Below are positions 28,030 to 38,828 of a stretch of DNA of 64,000 bases, piece by piece. Each line of letters starts with the position of its first letter. Position 1 is the first letter of the stretch. The notes under the pieces were generated by a model. It did no database searches. It saw nothing but the letters and a program-made list of their open reading frames with translations, and was not told the DNA's origin. A program made the position numbers and the translations under genes. Source of the stretch: Octopus vulgaris (taxonomy: Eukaryota); the NCBI GenBank assembly GCA_951406725.2, contig OX597828.1, positions 65,906,001-65,970,000 of the forward strand, in the 5' to 3' direction.

Positions 28030-29418
28030 TTAAAGGCTTTGGTTGTGTGAAAAATGTGAAGGGAACAGGTATACAAATTTTCTCGATGAGTTACCTGCCT
28101 TATTCTAGCATACTCTCCAGAAATAGTAGTCGCCTATCCTCTTGAATACCACAGAAAGTAAGATTATGCTCATCATTCTGAGTCCTGGTGATTTGTGAAA
28201 GCATTAATTTTACCTGTATTAAGCTATTTAAGTACATTGGTTTCAGATGAAGATTAACAAACTCTCTTCTTTTCATCTTCATTTGGTCAGTACCAGGACC
28301 CAACTGTTAAACCATTTTTACCAATTACACAGATTATATCATTTCCCTACTGACCTGCCTAACATATCTAATTGATAGATTAGATATGTCAGCAGCCAGC
28401 TTGAGAGAGTATGCCTGGTTGAAATGAAGGAGTGAAATATAATCCTCAGAAGCTGTGTAGCAGGTAACCTATTGAGAAAGACAATTACTCCAGGTGGGTA
28501 CCGGTGCAGGTTGAAGGGGGTGATTTGGTCCTCCCTGGTGCTGTTGGAGCAGTAAAATACGCTCAGTCTGCACTGGAGGATAGTACCAACATTGGTCAGT
28601 TTTTCTTTTCTTTGTACAAGTTGACATGGACCATTCAGTAGAGTGGAGCAGACATGAAATGAGGACAATGATGATAATGCATAGAAAAGTGTGTATGTGC
28701 GTGTGCACACAGAAGGGAAACTTAGAAACTGCTGGCCAGCAAATCTAAATGGAATTGTTTTTGGAGGAAAGTATATACTGAGAAAGCCATAGTGAAGGTG
28801 ACCCTTTAGAATTGCAATAACTCAGAATATATAAAAGTAACTTGGCATAAAGAGTCTGCTTTAGTTTTGACAACCTCTCTAGTGCTAGTGGCACAATAAT
28901 AAAATACACTCAGGCCATACTATAAAGCGGTTAATAATGGACAGAGCATTCAGACAATATAACTGTCAAAATAACTAGTCACAAATACTATGACTAAAAT
29001 AGTTTTGAAGACAAAAAAGATTATTGAAGTTCTTTAATGAGTAGAAGGAATCCTTTTAGATTACTCTCTCAATTGTTAGAAGTCAATAAATGATGTACAG
29101 ATATTATGACTGGAATACAAGATTCTTTCTCCTACTTTATCACTAACGGGATCAATCAGAAAGTAATTACTTCTGGATATTTACCTTATATATATATATG
29201 GCTTCTACAGATATAAAGTCCCTTAAAGACCTGTTGAAGCAAATTAGCACTTATATTGCCCAACCCTGCCAGTATGGAACATGAACATTAAATGATAATA
29301 ATTGTATTAATTAATATGCCACAGAGTTGTTCACTTTAATTTTTTTTTTCTTTTTTAACTTAAATTTCATATTGATCAAAATGAATATGTTTTGACAATG
29401 TTTAAATCAGTGTTAAAG

Positions 29419-29644
29419 AGGCGGTGAGCTGGCTGAAACGTTAACATGCTGGGCAACATGCGTAGCCGTATTTCGTCTGCCGCTATGTTCTGAGTTCAAA
29501 TTCCGCCGAGGTCAACTTTGCCTTTCAGCCTTTGATGAAATTAAGTACCAGTTACGCACTGGGGTTGATATAATCGACTTAATCCCTTTGTCTGTCCTTG
29601 TTTGTCCCCTCTATATTTAGCCCCTTGTGGGCAATAAAGAAATA
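29419..29644 (+). mobile_element. SINE family B with 10-bp TSD
   Basis: agtgttaaag at 29409-29418 and 29645-29654. Confidence 0.9.
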
Positions 29645-31304
29645 AGTGTTAAAGTTGTGTTCACCTACTTACATCTAGCACATAACTACAATGAGTTTTC
29701 CTTTTCTCATATACGCTGAGGTCTCTGTCTGTCTTCAGTGACCATAGGTGATGGTCTTAGTTGTCCACCTTACAGGGACAGCATTATCTGTAGCTGGACA
29801 GTCCAATGCTTGAATGGCCTCCTCCACACAAGCCACACCTGATTACTGTCCTAATACTGTTTGTGTTGTAATTGTATTGTTCTCCATATCATCAATGTTG
29901 TAGTCACTAATGGATCCAAAAGAACAGCACAGCCATAATAGTTTGGCTCTAGCGTTATCACAGAACTTGCCAAAAAGAGATTGTAGACAACCTTGAACTG
30001 CATTAGGGGCTAGCTCCAACTCCCAATTTTTCCCTCAAGGTTTACTCCCAAAGCCATTTTATGGCTGTGTATGGTCACAAAGCAGTGAAGGGTTGGAGTC
30101 AGAGTTTTCCTTCCCCTAGATGTGGTGCCTCCCCAGGTTAATTAGCCCCATCTGCTTGACTGACTTGTTAATTAACCTTTAGCTGGAACCCTGACAGGTC
30201 AAAGTAGTCCTCGGAACAACAGTGGTTAAGAAATGGTTTCATAATCTTCAAAACCATGAAATTCTTGAACCAATTCCTTGCTAATGGATGCAGTTTGGAG
30301 AGTTAGAAACACCACAATTATACATTTCCTTTACATTTGTAAACTGGTAGATTTATGTCTAATTAAATCTTAAATTATTTTAAACACAAGCACAAAATTT
30401 ATTCTTGGCTACCCTCAAAATAATTTACGAAATAGCTGTCTTTAAAAATAAACCTATCTTAAGTGATTAAATTCTATCAACTCAGATTCTAGCTTATGAA
30501 ATGCTTGCTATTGTTTAATTGAAATATCTAGGAATAAATATCTGCTTGATTTTTCTATTTCTCTCTCTCTCTCTCTTTCTCTCTCTGCCTCTCTCTCTCC
30601 CTCAGTCTCTTCATCCAGTTCTACCTCAGTTGGTTCGTATATTTTTGATTCTTTCCAATTATGGTAGCACCTCTCCTTTTTGATTTGGGTAGAGCCAATT
30701 CTCACTAGCCACAAGCATTTCTACTAAACATTCAGAAACTTAGTATTTTCATTCTTTCATTTGTCTTCTTTCTTTCCTCTCACTCCTTTCTGCCTCATCT
30801 GGAAGAACGACAGCTTGTTGCTGGTGCACTAGAATGTTTAACAAAATTAGTAATCTTCCATTGTAACCGACTGCAAATCATGTTCTTCTTGAGTTGCATT
30901 TATGTCTTTGAAAATGTAGTCACACAAGAATACCATCCAATGCTATATACATTTTGCTTTAAAGCTATTTTATTCTCCTTCAATCCTATCCTGCCCACCC
31001 TCCCACTCCTGATTAAAGAAACACCACCAATAAAATTACAATGGTTTTAAACAAAACTCCCAAAGTAATGATATGCAATTTCCTAGATGCTTTCACACTC
31101 CACTTCACTCACTGCTCATCAGGCAGTATTTCCAGCTGCTACTGCAATGTTATGAACAGCCCTGTAAATGAAATCTTTGTAATTTGAAATTAATCAATTA
31201 GACTTTTTTTTTTTTTTCTTTTTTTTCCACTCTGATATTTTGGGTTCTTGGTTCAGAGTTAGAATGTGATGGTTATGTATTTATTCTTCTATTTTTTTAA
31301 TTTT

Positions 31305-31510
31305 TTACTTGTTTCAGTCATTAGACTGCGGCCATGCTGGGGTACCGCCTTGGAGAATTTTTTTAGGGAATGAATTGACCCCAGTGCTTTTTTTAAAGCC
31401 TGGTACTTAATTTTATCAGGCTACCTTGCCGAACTAAGTTACAGGTCATAAACACACCAGCATCGGTTGTCAAGCGGTGGCAGGGTACAAAAACAGGCGC
31501 ACACACACAC
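31305..31510 (-). mobile_element. SINE family A, 3' half
   Basis: tttacttgtttcagtcattagactgcggccatgctgg... is the reverse complement of the family-A tail. Confidence 0.75.
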
Positions 31511-31950
31511 CCTATCCTAACAAACCAAACTACATCTTTTCTCTTCCTTACATTTCCCCTTTTCCATGCACTGTGCTTATGCGTCTCTTGCTCTTCAGTC
31601 CTGTCACTGCCCCCTACTCACTGCATCATTGCTATCTTGTGGTCCCCACCCCCACCTCCTCTATATGCCCATGTTTCATCAATCACTGCATTCATGTGGA
31701 AGTCACTGCTCCTTTCTCATACACCCTTGGCAATACTCTACCACCCCAGTTATATTCCGATTGCCTGTACCTTGAGGGTACATCCTATCACCTTGCTACC
31801 ATCTGTCTCTCTTTCTCTTTCTCTCTCTCTCTCTCTCTCGCTCTGCTCTACCATTCTATTTATATTCTGATCCCCATACCTTGGGAGTATGTCTTGGCAC
31901 ATCACCACCATATCTCCTAAACTCCCACTCTTTTCCATTCTCATTTTTGA

Positions 31951-31985
<35 letters not shown>

Positions 31986-33118
31986 CTTGCTCTCTCCCTC
32001 TGACTGGGTAACCATGTATCTCCTCAAACAGCAAGACACCTGTTTCTATTCCTTTGTGATACTCTTACCTCCCATCACCTGGCAGAAGATCATCTCCATC
32101 ATTGCCCCACAATCTCAAAGGATCTTTGTTTTTGTAGGTTTCTTGGTGACCCTGCCAGTACTGGTACATCCAGTCCACACTGTAAAGGTGTTTGAAGGGA
32201 ATCCAGTTGTAAGAACCATGCTTAAACAGGCCTCACCGGTGCTGGTGCCACTTAAAAAAACATTGTCCACTCTGCAAGCTGGCTGGTGTAAGGAAAGGCA
32301 TCCAGCCATATAAACCCTGTCAGAACAGACAGCAAAGCCCTTGCAGTCTTCTGCCTAGCCAGCCCCTGTCAAACCATCCAACCTATGCCAACACGGATAA
32401 CGGATATTAAATGAGATATATATATAATCATCTTCATCATTTAAGGTCCACCTTCCATGCTAGCGTGGATGGGGACTTCTACCAAATCCACTCACAAGGC
32501 TTTGGTCAGCCCAAACTATAGTAGAAGACACTTGCCCAAGGTGCCACGCAGTGGGACTGAACCTGGAACCATGTGGTTGGGAAGGAAATAATTTCTTAGT
32601 GGTTATTTTAACCATTAAAGTTTTTTTTTTTTACTGTAGCCAGAATAATTGCACATCATCTACTTACTGTGTATAGTGGCACTATTTAAAATAGCTGATT
32701 CTGTTGACCCGGTCGGGTGACAGTCAATCAGCCTCATGATTTAATTTTCACTACTAATCACTTCAATTTTCTTTAAATGCACCTTGTAATATTATATACT
32801 GTCACATAAACAGATCAGTAGGTAAATGAGTAGTATTTCACAGTAAATATTATTTAAATTTTGGTTTTCTATTTGCATGCCTTTCGAAAGATGGTCAAGC
32901 TGATATGTCACTATACAACTTTTACTTTGTCACTATACAACTATAGGCTCATAATCATGCGGCTGTAAGTTTGATTCTCTGACCAGGCTTCATGTTGGGT
33001 TCATGATAACACGATTCTTAGAGGATTTCATGTTGTTCCAGTTCATTCAGATGTAGAAATGAGTTGCAACATCACTGGTGCCAAGCTGATAGAGACTGAC
33101 ATGTAATGGAATTGTGTC

Positions 33119-33436
33119 TGATACCTCATACAATAAAGAAAATTCTAGAAATTTTTTCAATAGGCAACATGATTCTTAAATGTCAGCCATGGCGCTATAC
33201 ACACATTTTTATATGAAGTCACCTGACAAAACGGTTCGACTAGGAAGTAAAAGTTGTATAGTGACATAAATTAATAGCTATTAATTTATGTCACTATACA
33301 ACTTTTACTTCCTAGTCGAACCGTTTTGTCAGGTGACTTTATATAAAAATGTGTGTATAGCGCCATGGCTGACATTTAAGAATCATGTTGCCTATTGAAA
33401 AAATTTCTAGAATTTTCTTTATTGTATGAGGTATCA
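33119..33436. repeat. 318-bp spacer-less palindrome
   Basis: 159-bp arms centred on ttaatag|ctattaa (33277/33278); one mismatch seen (atatgaagtc vs gactttatat). Confidence 0.95.
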
Positions 33437-33443
33437 AAATAAC

Positions 33444-33626
33444 ACCGTGTTTCGTGGTCTGCTACCACAACAGCTCCTTTATAGGATCCAGTTAGCTCAA
33501 GACATCATCAGGAGGAACCCCGGGGCCAAAACCTGATGTGGTTCCTCCTGATGATGTCTTGAGCTAACTGGATCCTATAAAGGAGCTGTTGTGGTAGCAG
33601 ACCATGAAACATGGTTGTAATTCCTC
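33444..33626. repeat. Inverted repeat (76-bp arms, 20-bp spacer) built from the hammerhead-motif repeat
   Basis: 33444-33519 pairs with 33540-33615 with two CpG-type mismatches; the same sequence occurs at about 62775-62862. Confidence 0.92.
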
Positions 33627-35324
33627 CGCACCCACTGTAGAATGATTGGCATTAGGAAGGGCATCCAGGTGTAGAAACCAAGCCAAACCAGAGTATGGAA
33701 TCTGATGTGGCCCTTTTGCCTTACCAGTTCCTGTCAAGCTGTCCAAATCATAGCAGCTCAATGTATATTCCTGTTATGCAAATTAATAGCAACCTTGTCA
33801 GTGATACAATGTTGTAGGACAGCCCTCCACCTTTTGCCACTTGCAGCACACTTATATTCTTTTCAGAATTCGCCTGCACACCTGAACTAAAAATATAATT
33901 AAAAGTATAGGGGGAAAAAAATTATATTCAGGTTACACTGCAGCACACCTAGCATCGTCTTGTGGCACACCAGTGTGTTATGGCATACTGGTGCAGATCA
34001 CTGTTCTTGGAGACAAAAAAAAAATTGACCCTGGACTGTCAGTCTGAGTCATATATTAGATTTAAACAACCTGTGGCTAGTTGATTGTCAAGTTTTATGG
34101 TAAGAAGTACAGTCAGTCTGCTGTGTAAGAAAAATATAGAGTAGAAAAGAACAGTAGTACCACCCACTCCTATCCTACCATTCATCCACATCAACACCCT
34201 GTATACTCTCCCACACAGTATATGCCCATCCACTCACCCACACATAGTAATAAAACACAATTTTCATTTAACTTGTAAGAACTGCATGAAGAATTATCCA
34301 AAATGGAATTTAGTCTCAGTATTGGATCTTTTTTTTGTATGGCTGCCACTTTTCAGTTTCTTTAATTTTTGTTCCACTTGATTTCATATTGGGTCTTTTG
34401 GTATAGTTGTGAATGATAATCATTGACATGAAATTCATTTTTGCCATAGATCAATAAATAAAGAGTTAATAGCTTTTAAAGTTTGCAAATTTGGGGTAAT
34501 TTTAGCCAGTTGAAAATTACAGACATGAAGCTGCCTGTTTTCATAGTAACAAGCCAAGCTGTTATCAAGTCGCTTACCCCCTGTAGTAGTCTTGTCAAGC
34601 CACATGGTCATTTTTCGCTTATTAAATGCTTAAAATATTTGTGAGATGTGCTAAAAATAACAACCACATATACCTTAAATCACACTCCCCCCCAAAAATA
34701 TGAGGGTTTATATGTTGTGCATAAAGCAGAATTCCGTCAGTGTTTCATTTTTCAGTTTTCAACACATTGCTGTCACATGAAATGACAGCTTCCAAATCTT
34801 GTTTTCAGACTGGGTAAAAAGTTTCAAACTTTCAACCTCTGTAACTATTTAAAAAAAATTTTTCTGGGAAAAGTTAAATCTCCTGATATTCTTCAGCATG
34901 GAAGCTTAAATCAACACACCAAATTTTAAAATTTTCACTAAACTTTAAAACTCCACCGGTGCAACCAAAAAATAAAGATCCTGTGTATTTTATAAGCACC
35001 CTTTAACTAATATCCTGTTTTTTCACTTCATTAGGTATGGACTTAAATTAACGATGTTTATCCTTTCTTTGGCCAATGCTTCTTTCAGCTCTGTAATTGA
35101 TATAATTTTCAACAATCTTCTCTCAGCATGTTCCGATATGTTTTATTGGATTAAGATCAGGGCTTTGGGCTACGTGTTTTAGAGATTTGATTCCCTGAGT
35201 TTTTTTTCCCAAACTTGTGTTATCTTGTATGACATGCAGCTCCATCTTCTTGAAAAAGATCGGTCTTCTTACCAGTTCCTACTGATTGGAATAGATGGGT
35301 AATAGTATCTTGACAGTTTAATAT

Positions 35325-36022
35325 TAGTGATTCTCAACCAGAGTCCATATGGCCCCCGAGGATCCAGATAAGATTTAGGAGCAGGAGATCCATGCAACAA
35401 AATAAATTGGGAAATCCACAATAGTATTTTAAAGACCTGAACAAATTTTGCTTTAGATGTATGTAATGCAAGAAACAGCTGGGTTTCTTTCTCTAATATT
35501 TTCATAGTTCAACCTACACAAGTTAATGTCATCATCATCATCGTTTAATGTCCGTTTTCCATGCTAGCATGGGTTGGATGGTTCGACCGGGGTCTGGGAA
35601 GCCAGGAGGCTGCGCCAGGCTCCAGTCTGATCTGGCAGTGTTTCTACAGCTGGATGCCCTTCCTAATGCCAATCACTCCGTGAGTGTAGTGGGTGCTTTT
35701 TACGTGCCACCGGGACAGGTGCCAGGGGAGGCTGGCAACAGCCATGATCAGTTGGTGGTTTTTACGTGCCACCGGCACAGGTACCAGGGGAGGCTGGCAA
35801 TGGCCACGATCGGTTGGTGGTTTTTACATGCCACCAACACAGAAGCCAGTCAAGGTGGCGCTGGCATCGGCCATGTACGGATGGTGCTTTTTACGTGCCA
35901 CCGGCACAAATTTAAAAGAAGTATCTATGAAACTAGTTTTAAAACAAATGGCTATAGGGATCCACCAGAATAAAATAGCCATTAAAGGGGGTCTATAGAT
36001 AAAAAATGGTCAAGAACCCCTG
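35325..36022. mobile_element. hAT-type MITE containing a family-C element
   Basis: tagtgattctcaacca ... tggtcaagaacccctg ends; related to 25297-25666. Confidence 0.7.
35529..35907 (-). mobile_element. RTE-tail element, family C, with about 60-bp internal repeats
   Basis: (cat)n tail, family-C body, four repeats of a tttacgtgccacc-like motif. Confidence 0.85.
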
Positions 36023-37259
36023 ATTTAAATGATTTTTTTAAAAACCAAATTGAGCTTTGACTTACCATTTGCAACACATAAGATAGTGTCAACTCCTCCA
36101 CTAAATGTTTACATGTTCCTTACAAACAATCTGATGTGTTTCAGTTGTGTTACCTCTTGAAATGGAAAGTTGACAGAATTTGCTTCCATCACATTTTATT
36201 GACTGAATAAAATTTTTCTTCCTTATTGCAGAACATTTTTAACCCATTTGAACCTTTTTCATCTCGCCAGCTTTTGAAATTGTTGCCTTCTTTCTTTGTT
36301 ACTCAAGATCTTTCTATTATTGTTCTTATGCAATATGGTGAAATATCCATAGAATTTGCAACCTCTCTAATAGTGGCATGTCAGAGTTTTATAACAGCTT
36401 TCTTTGTCCCCTCACAAACTTTCTGCAGCCCCTCAGGTTTCTTCATTTCACTATGCTCTTCTTCAAACCACTTCTTGGATGTATTTATTCACTGTTTGAT
36501 ACCAAAAAATTGGGACATATTCTTAGACTTAGCACATCGTTACCACTTTATGACTTGCTCACATCGTTGATATTCTTCTTTTCTTATTGGTTTTCATTGT
36601 CTTTTTATCATATTTAAGTTATAATTATTCCAAAAACATAATTAAATTCATATCACCATTTTAATGTCCACTTTCCCATGTTTTTGCATGGGTTCAATGG
36701 AATTTTATGGAGAGAGATTTTCTATGGCTGAATCCCCTTCCAGTCACCAACTGTTTATGTGTCACACACACACACGCGTTTACAAATGAAAGAAAATAAG
36801 TGTACTCAACACTATTAATGAGTTGACTCAACTTCACATTTAAAGCCTGTACTCATAGATCACTGTCCCAGCTCCTGAGATGTCTGTTACCAGAGGTGAT
36901 CGGCAAGCATGTGGCTCAATTTCTCAAATTGACCAGTGGGGTCCCCTTTTTATTTTTTTTTCATTTTATTTTTTTACATACGAGAGGCTGGGCAGTGATC
37001 TATGTCAGCAAAATTTTCAGGATCTTGACCAAAAATAATGTTGGTCTTGTCAGAAGTGTGACAGTTGTTAGTGATGAAAGGGTGGAAAAATACCTGGGTT
37101 TTTTGATGAATTCTACATCATGTAAAATGTGTATCTGAGTGTATGCATGTGTATGCCTTTGCATGTATATGTATATATGCATGTATGTTTATGTTGTTTC
37201 TTTTTGTTGTTGTTTTCATTTTCTTGCATTGGCTTGGCTTAGAGGAAGGGTGTATACCC

Positions 37260-37550
37260 ATGGCCTTTTTGCAGGTTTTCCAAAACTGAAATTGATGCTG
37301 TTAATGTTCTGGTTGGACTGTTGCAAATCTACAGATACAAGGTGGAAATTGCGGTGGTGTGGTCATGCGAGAAGAAAGGACTGGACTTGTTGGGGTGGGA
37401 TGGACACAATAGGATTAAGGAGGAGAAACAACCAGGTCGAGAGTGGCCGACATGCTGTAAAAGCTGGTTCAAAAAAACTGAAAGTCACTAGTAATTGTAG
37501 GAAAGGCAGGGAGAAGAGACAACAGGTCCATGGGGCCAGAGATTGATGTG
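37260..37550 (+). mobile_element. Old RTE-like LINE 3' ORF remnant
   Basis: RWKLRWCGHARRK resembles the LRWFGHVxR motif. Confidence 0.5.
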
Positions 37551-37735
37551 TCTTTGTGAATAACTTTATACCAATTTGTTATGCAGCCATTGGATGCACT
37601 GCTCCATTATGGTCCTCAACCTGGGCTTTTTAGCAGGTTATCAGTGTTGAAGTGGAGGTAAAGTTTTATCTGGTTCTGAAGAGAAATGCCAGTTTTTGTA
37701 GTGTAGTACTGTTTCTATGTTGAGGACATGTATTA

Positions 37736-38533
37736 TACAGTTTGTTTGGGCTGCTGTTCCATAACAAGGATAGAAAACACAATATCCCATCCAAAAATGA
37801 AAGTATTTTTTCAAAAATATCATCTAGATGATCCTGGAACCTGGCATGTGCATTTATTACTGTGTCCCTCCCTAAGAAGATTTTTAAGCAACACCTTAAA
37901 CTCAGCCACCGGCTTGGCCTTGCTGTGGCAGGCAGGGCGGTTGGTGTCTTTCTCAACAGCATCCTACACATAGTAAATCCATGGGATTACAATCAGGGAA
38001 ATAGGATGACAGGAATTAGGGCTGGTGAAGTTCTAGAAATTCCTGCAACAGCTTGTAACTGTTAACAAAAGTATGGCAAGGAACTGAATTCTGCTGCCAC
38101 ACATACAGCCTTCCAGCAGCAGCAGCCTTCTCCATACAGGGATTGAACACAGTCTCCAGTAGCGCCACATAACCATATGTTCAAAGATGTCGGGCTGCTT
38201 TATGTTACCCTCACTGGAGACACACCCAAAGACCATCCCTCCTGCTGGCCACAACTTCATAGTCCCTGTTGCAGCTGTCCATGTCTTGTCTTACAACCTT
38301 TACAGTGGTCATAGAGCAGGGAGCAGCAGTCGTGATGTTGGCATTTTGACACCCAATGTGAATCCTCATGATACAAGTGGCTTCCAATCCTCCATCTCAG
38401 CTAACTTTTTCTCAACTCTAGCCATAGTCTTTATGCTCCCCAGTGCCATTGAGTGTTCACTAATACATCAGGTTGTTCCTGAAAAAAGGAGGCATAAAAA
38501 TAAAATGATCAAATTTAGTCCAGACACCCTGTA
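37736..38533 (-). mobile_element. Decayed Tc1/mariner (maT-like) transposon
   Basis: MVFGCVSSEG and PDCNPMD on the minus strand; TIR end ccagacaccctg|TA near 38531; degenerate partner tacagtttgtttgggct at 37736. Confidence 0.72.
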
Positions 38534-38642
38534 TATATGTATAATGTGTATGTAATAAAATATATGTAACATATGTGTGCTCATACATATACACCCATTT
38601 CAACATTTAAATTCTTTTACTTTCTTTGTTTTATCTTTGTAG

Positions 38643-38828
38643 GAAGAACTAAGTAGCGATTCTTCAGAGGCTACCCCAGTCGTCTCACAGCCAACTGCTT
38701 CAGGCCACCCAGCAGAAGGAGAGGGAGTTCAGGAAGCTACCGGAAATGTGACAGAAACAACAGTTTTAAGTCAAGACGCCAAACCAAACTACGGTGCTGA
38801 TGGTGCAATTCCTTTACCGGAATCTTAA
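38643..38828 (+). CDS. Terminal coding exon of an unidentified host gene (EELSSDSSEATPVVSQPTASGHPAEGEGVQEATGNVTETTVLSQDAKPNYGADGAIPLPES*)
   Basis: Strong acceptor ttttactttctttgttttatctttgtag; 61 open codons plus TAA in phase 0; higher GC, non-repetitive; acidic, disordered-looking C-terminal tail. Confidence 0.8.
   Translation, partial: EELSSDSSEATPVVSQPTASGHPAEGEGVQEATGNVTETTVLSQDAKPNYGADGAIPLPES

Larger units (their letters stand above)
34990..36630 (-). mobile_element. Decayed Tc1-like transposon split by a nested MITE and SINE
   Basis: Minus strand FQEDGAACHT and AQSPDLNPIK near 35140-35255; an N-terminal-like remnant resumes after 36030; boundaries approximate. Confidence 0.6.

Noticed and set aside
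26880-28300. Possible Penelope-like RT remnant on the minus strand (REFVNLHLKP)
   Set aside because: Too degenerate to assign by eye; needs a translated HMM search
35548-35973. ORF with FLQLDALPNANH motif, also at 1759, 22142 and 47596
   Set aside because: Translation of the family-C repeat, not a host gene family
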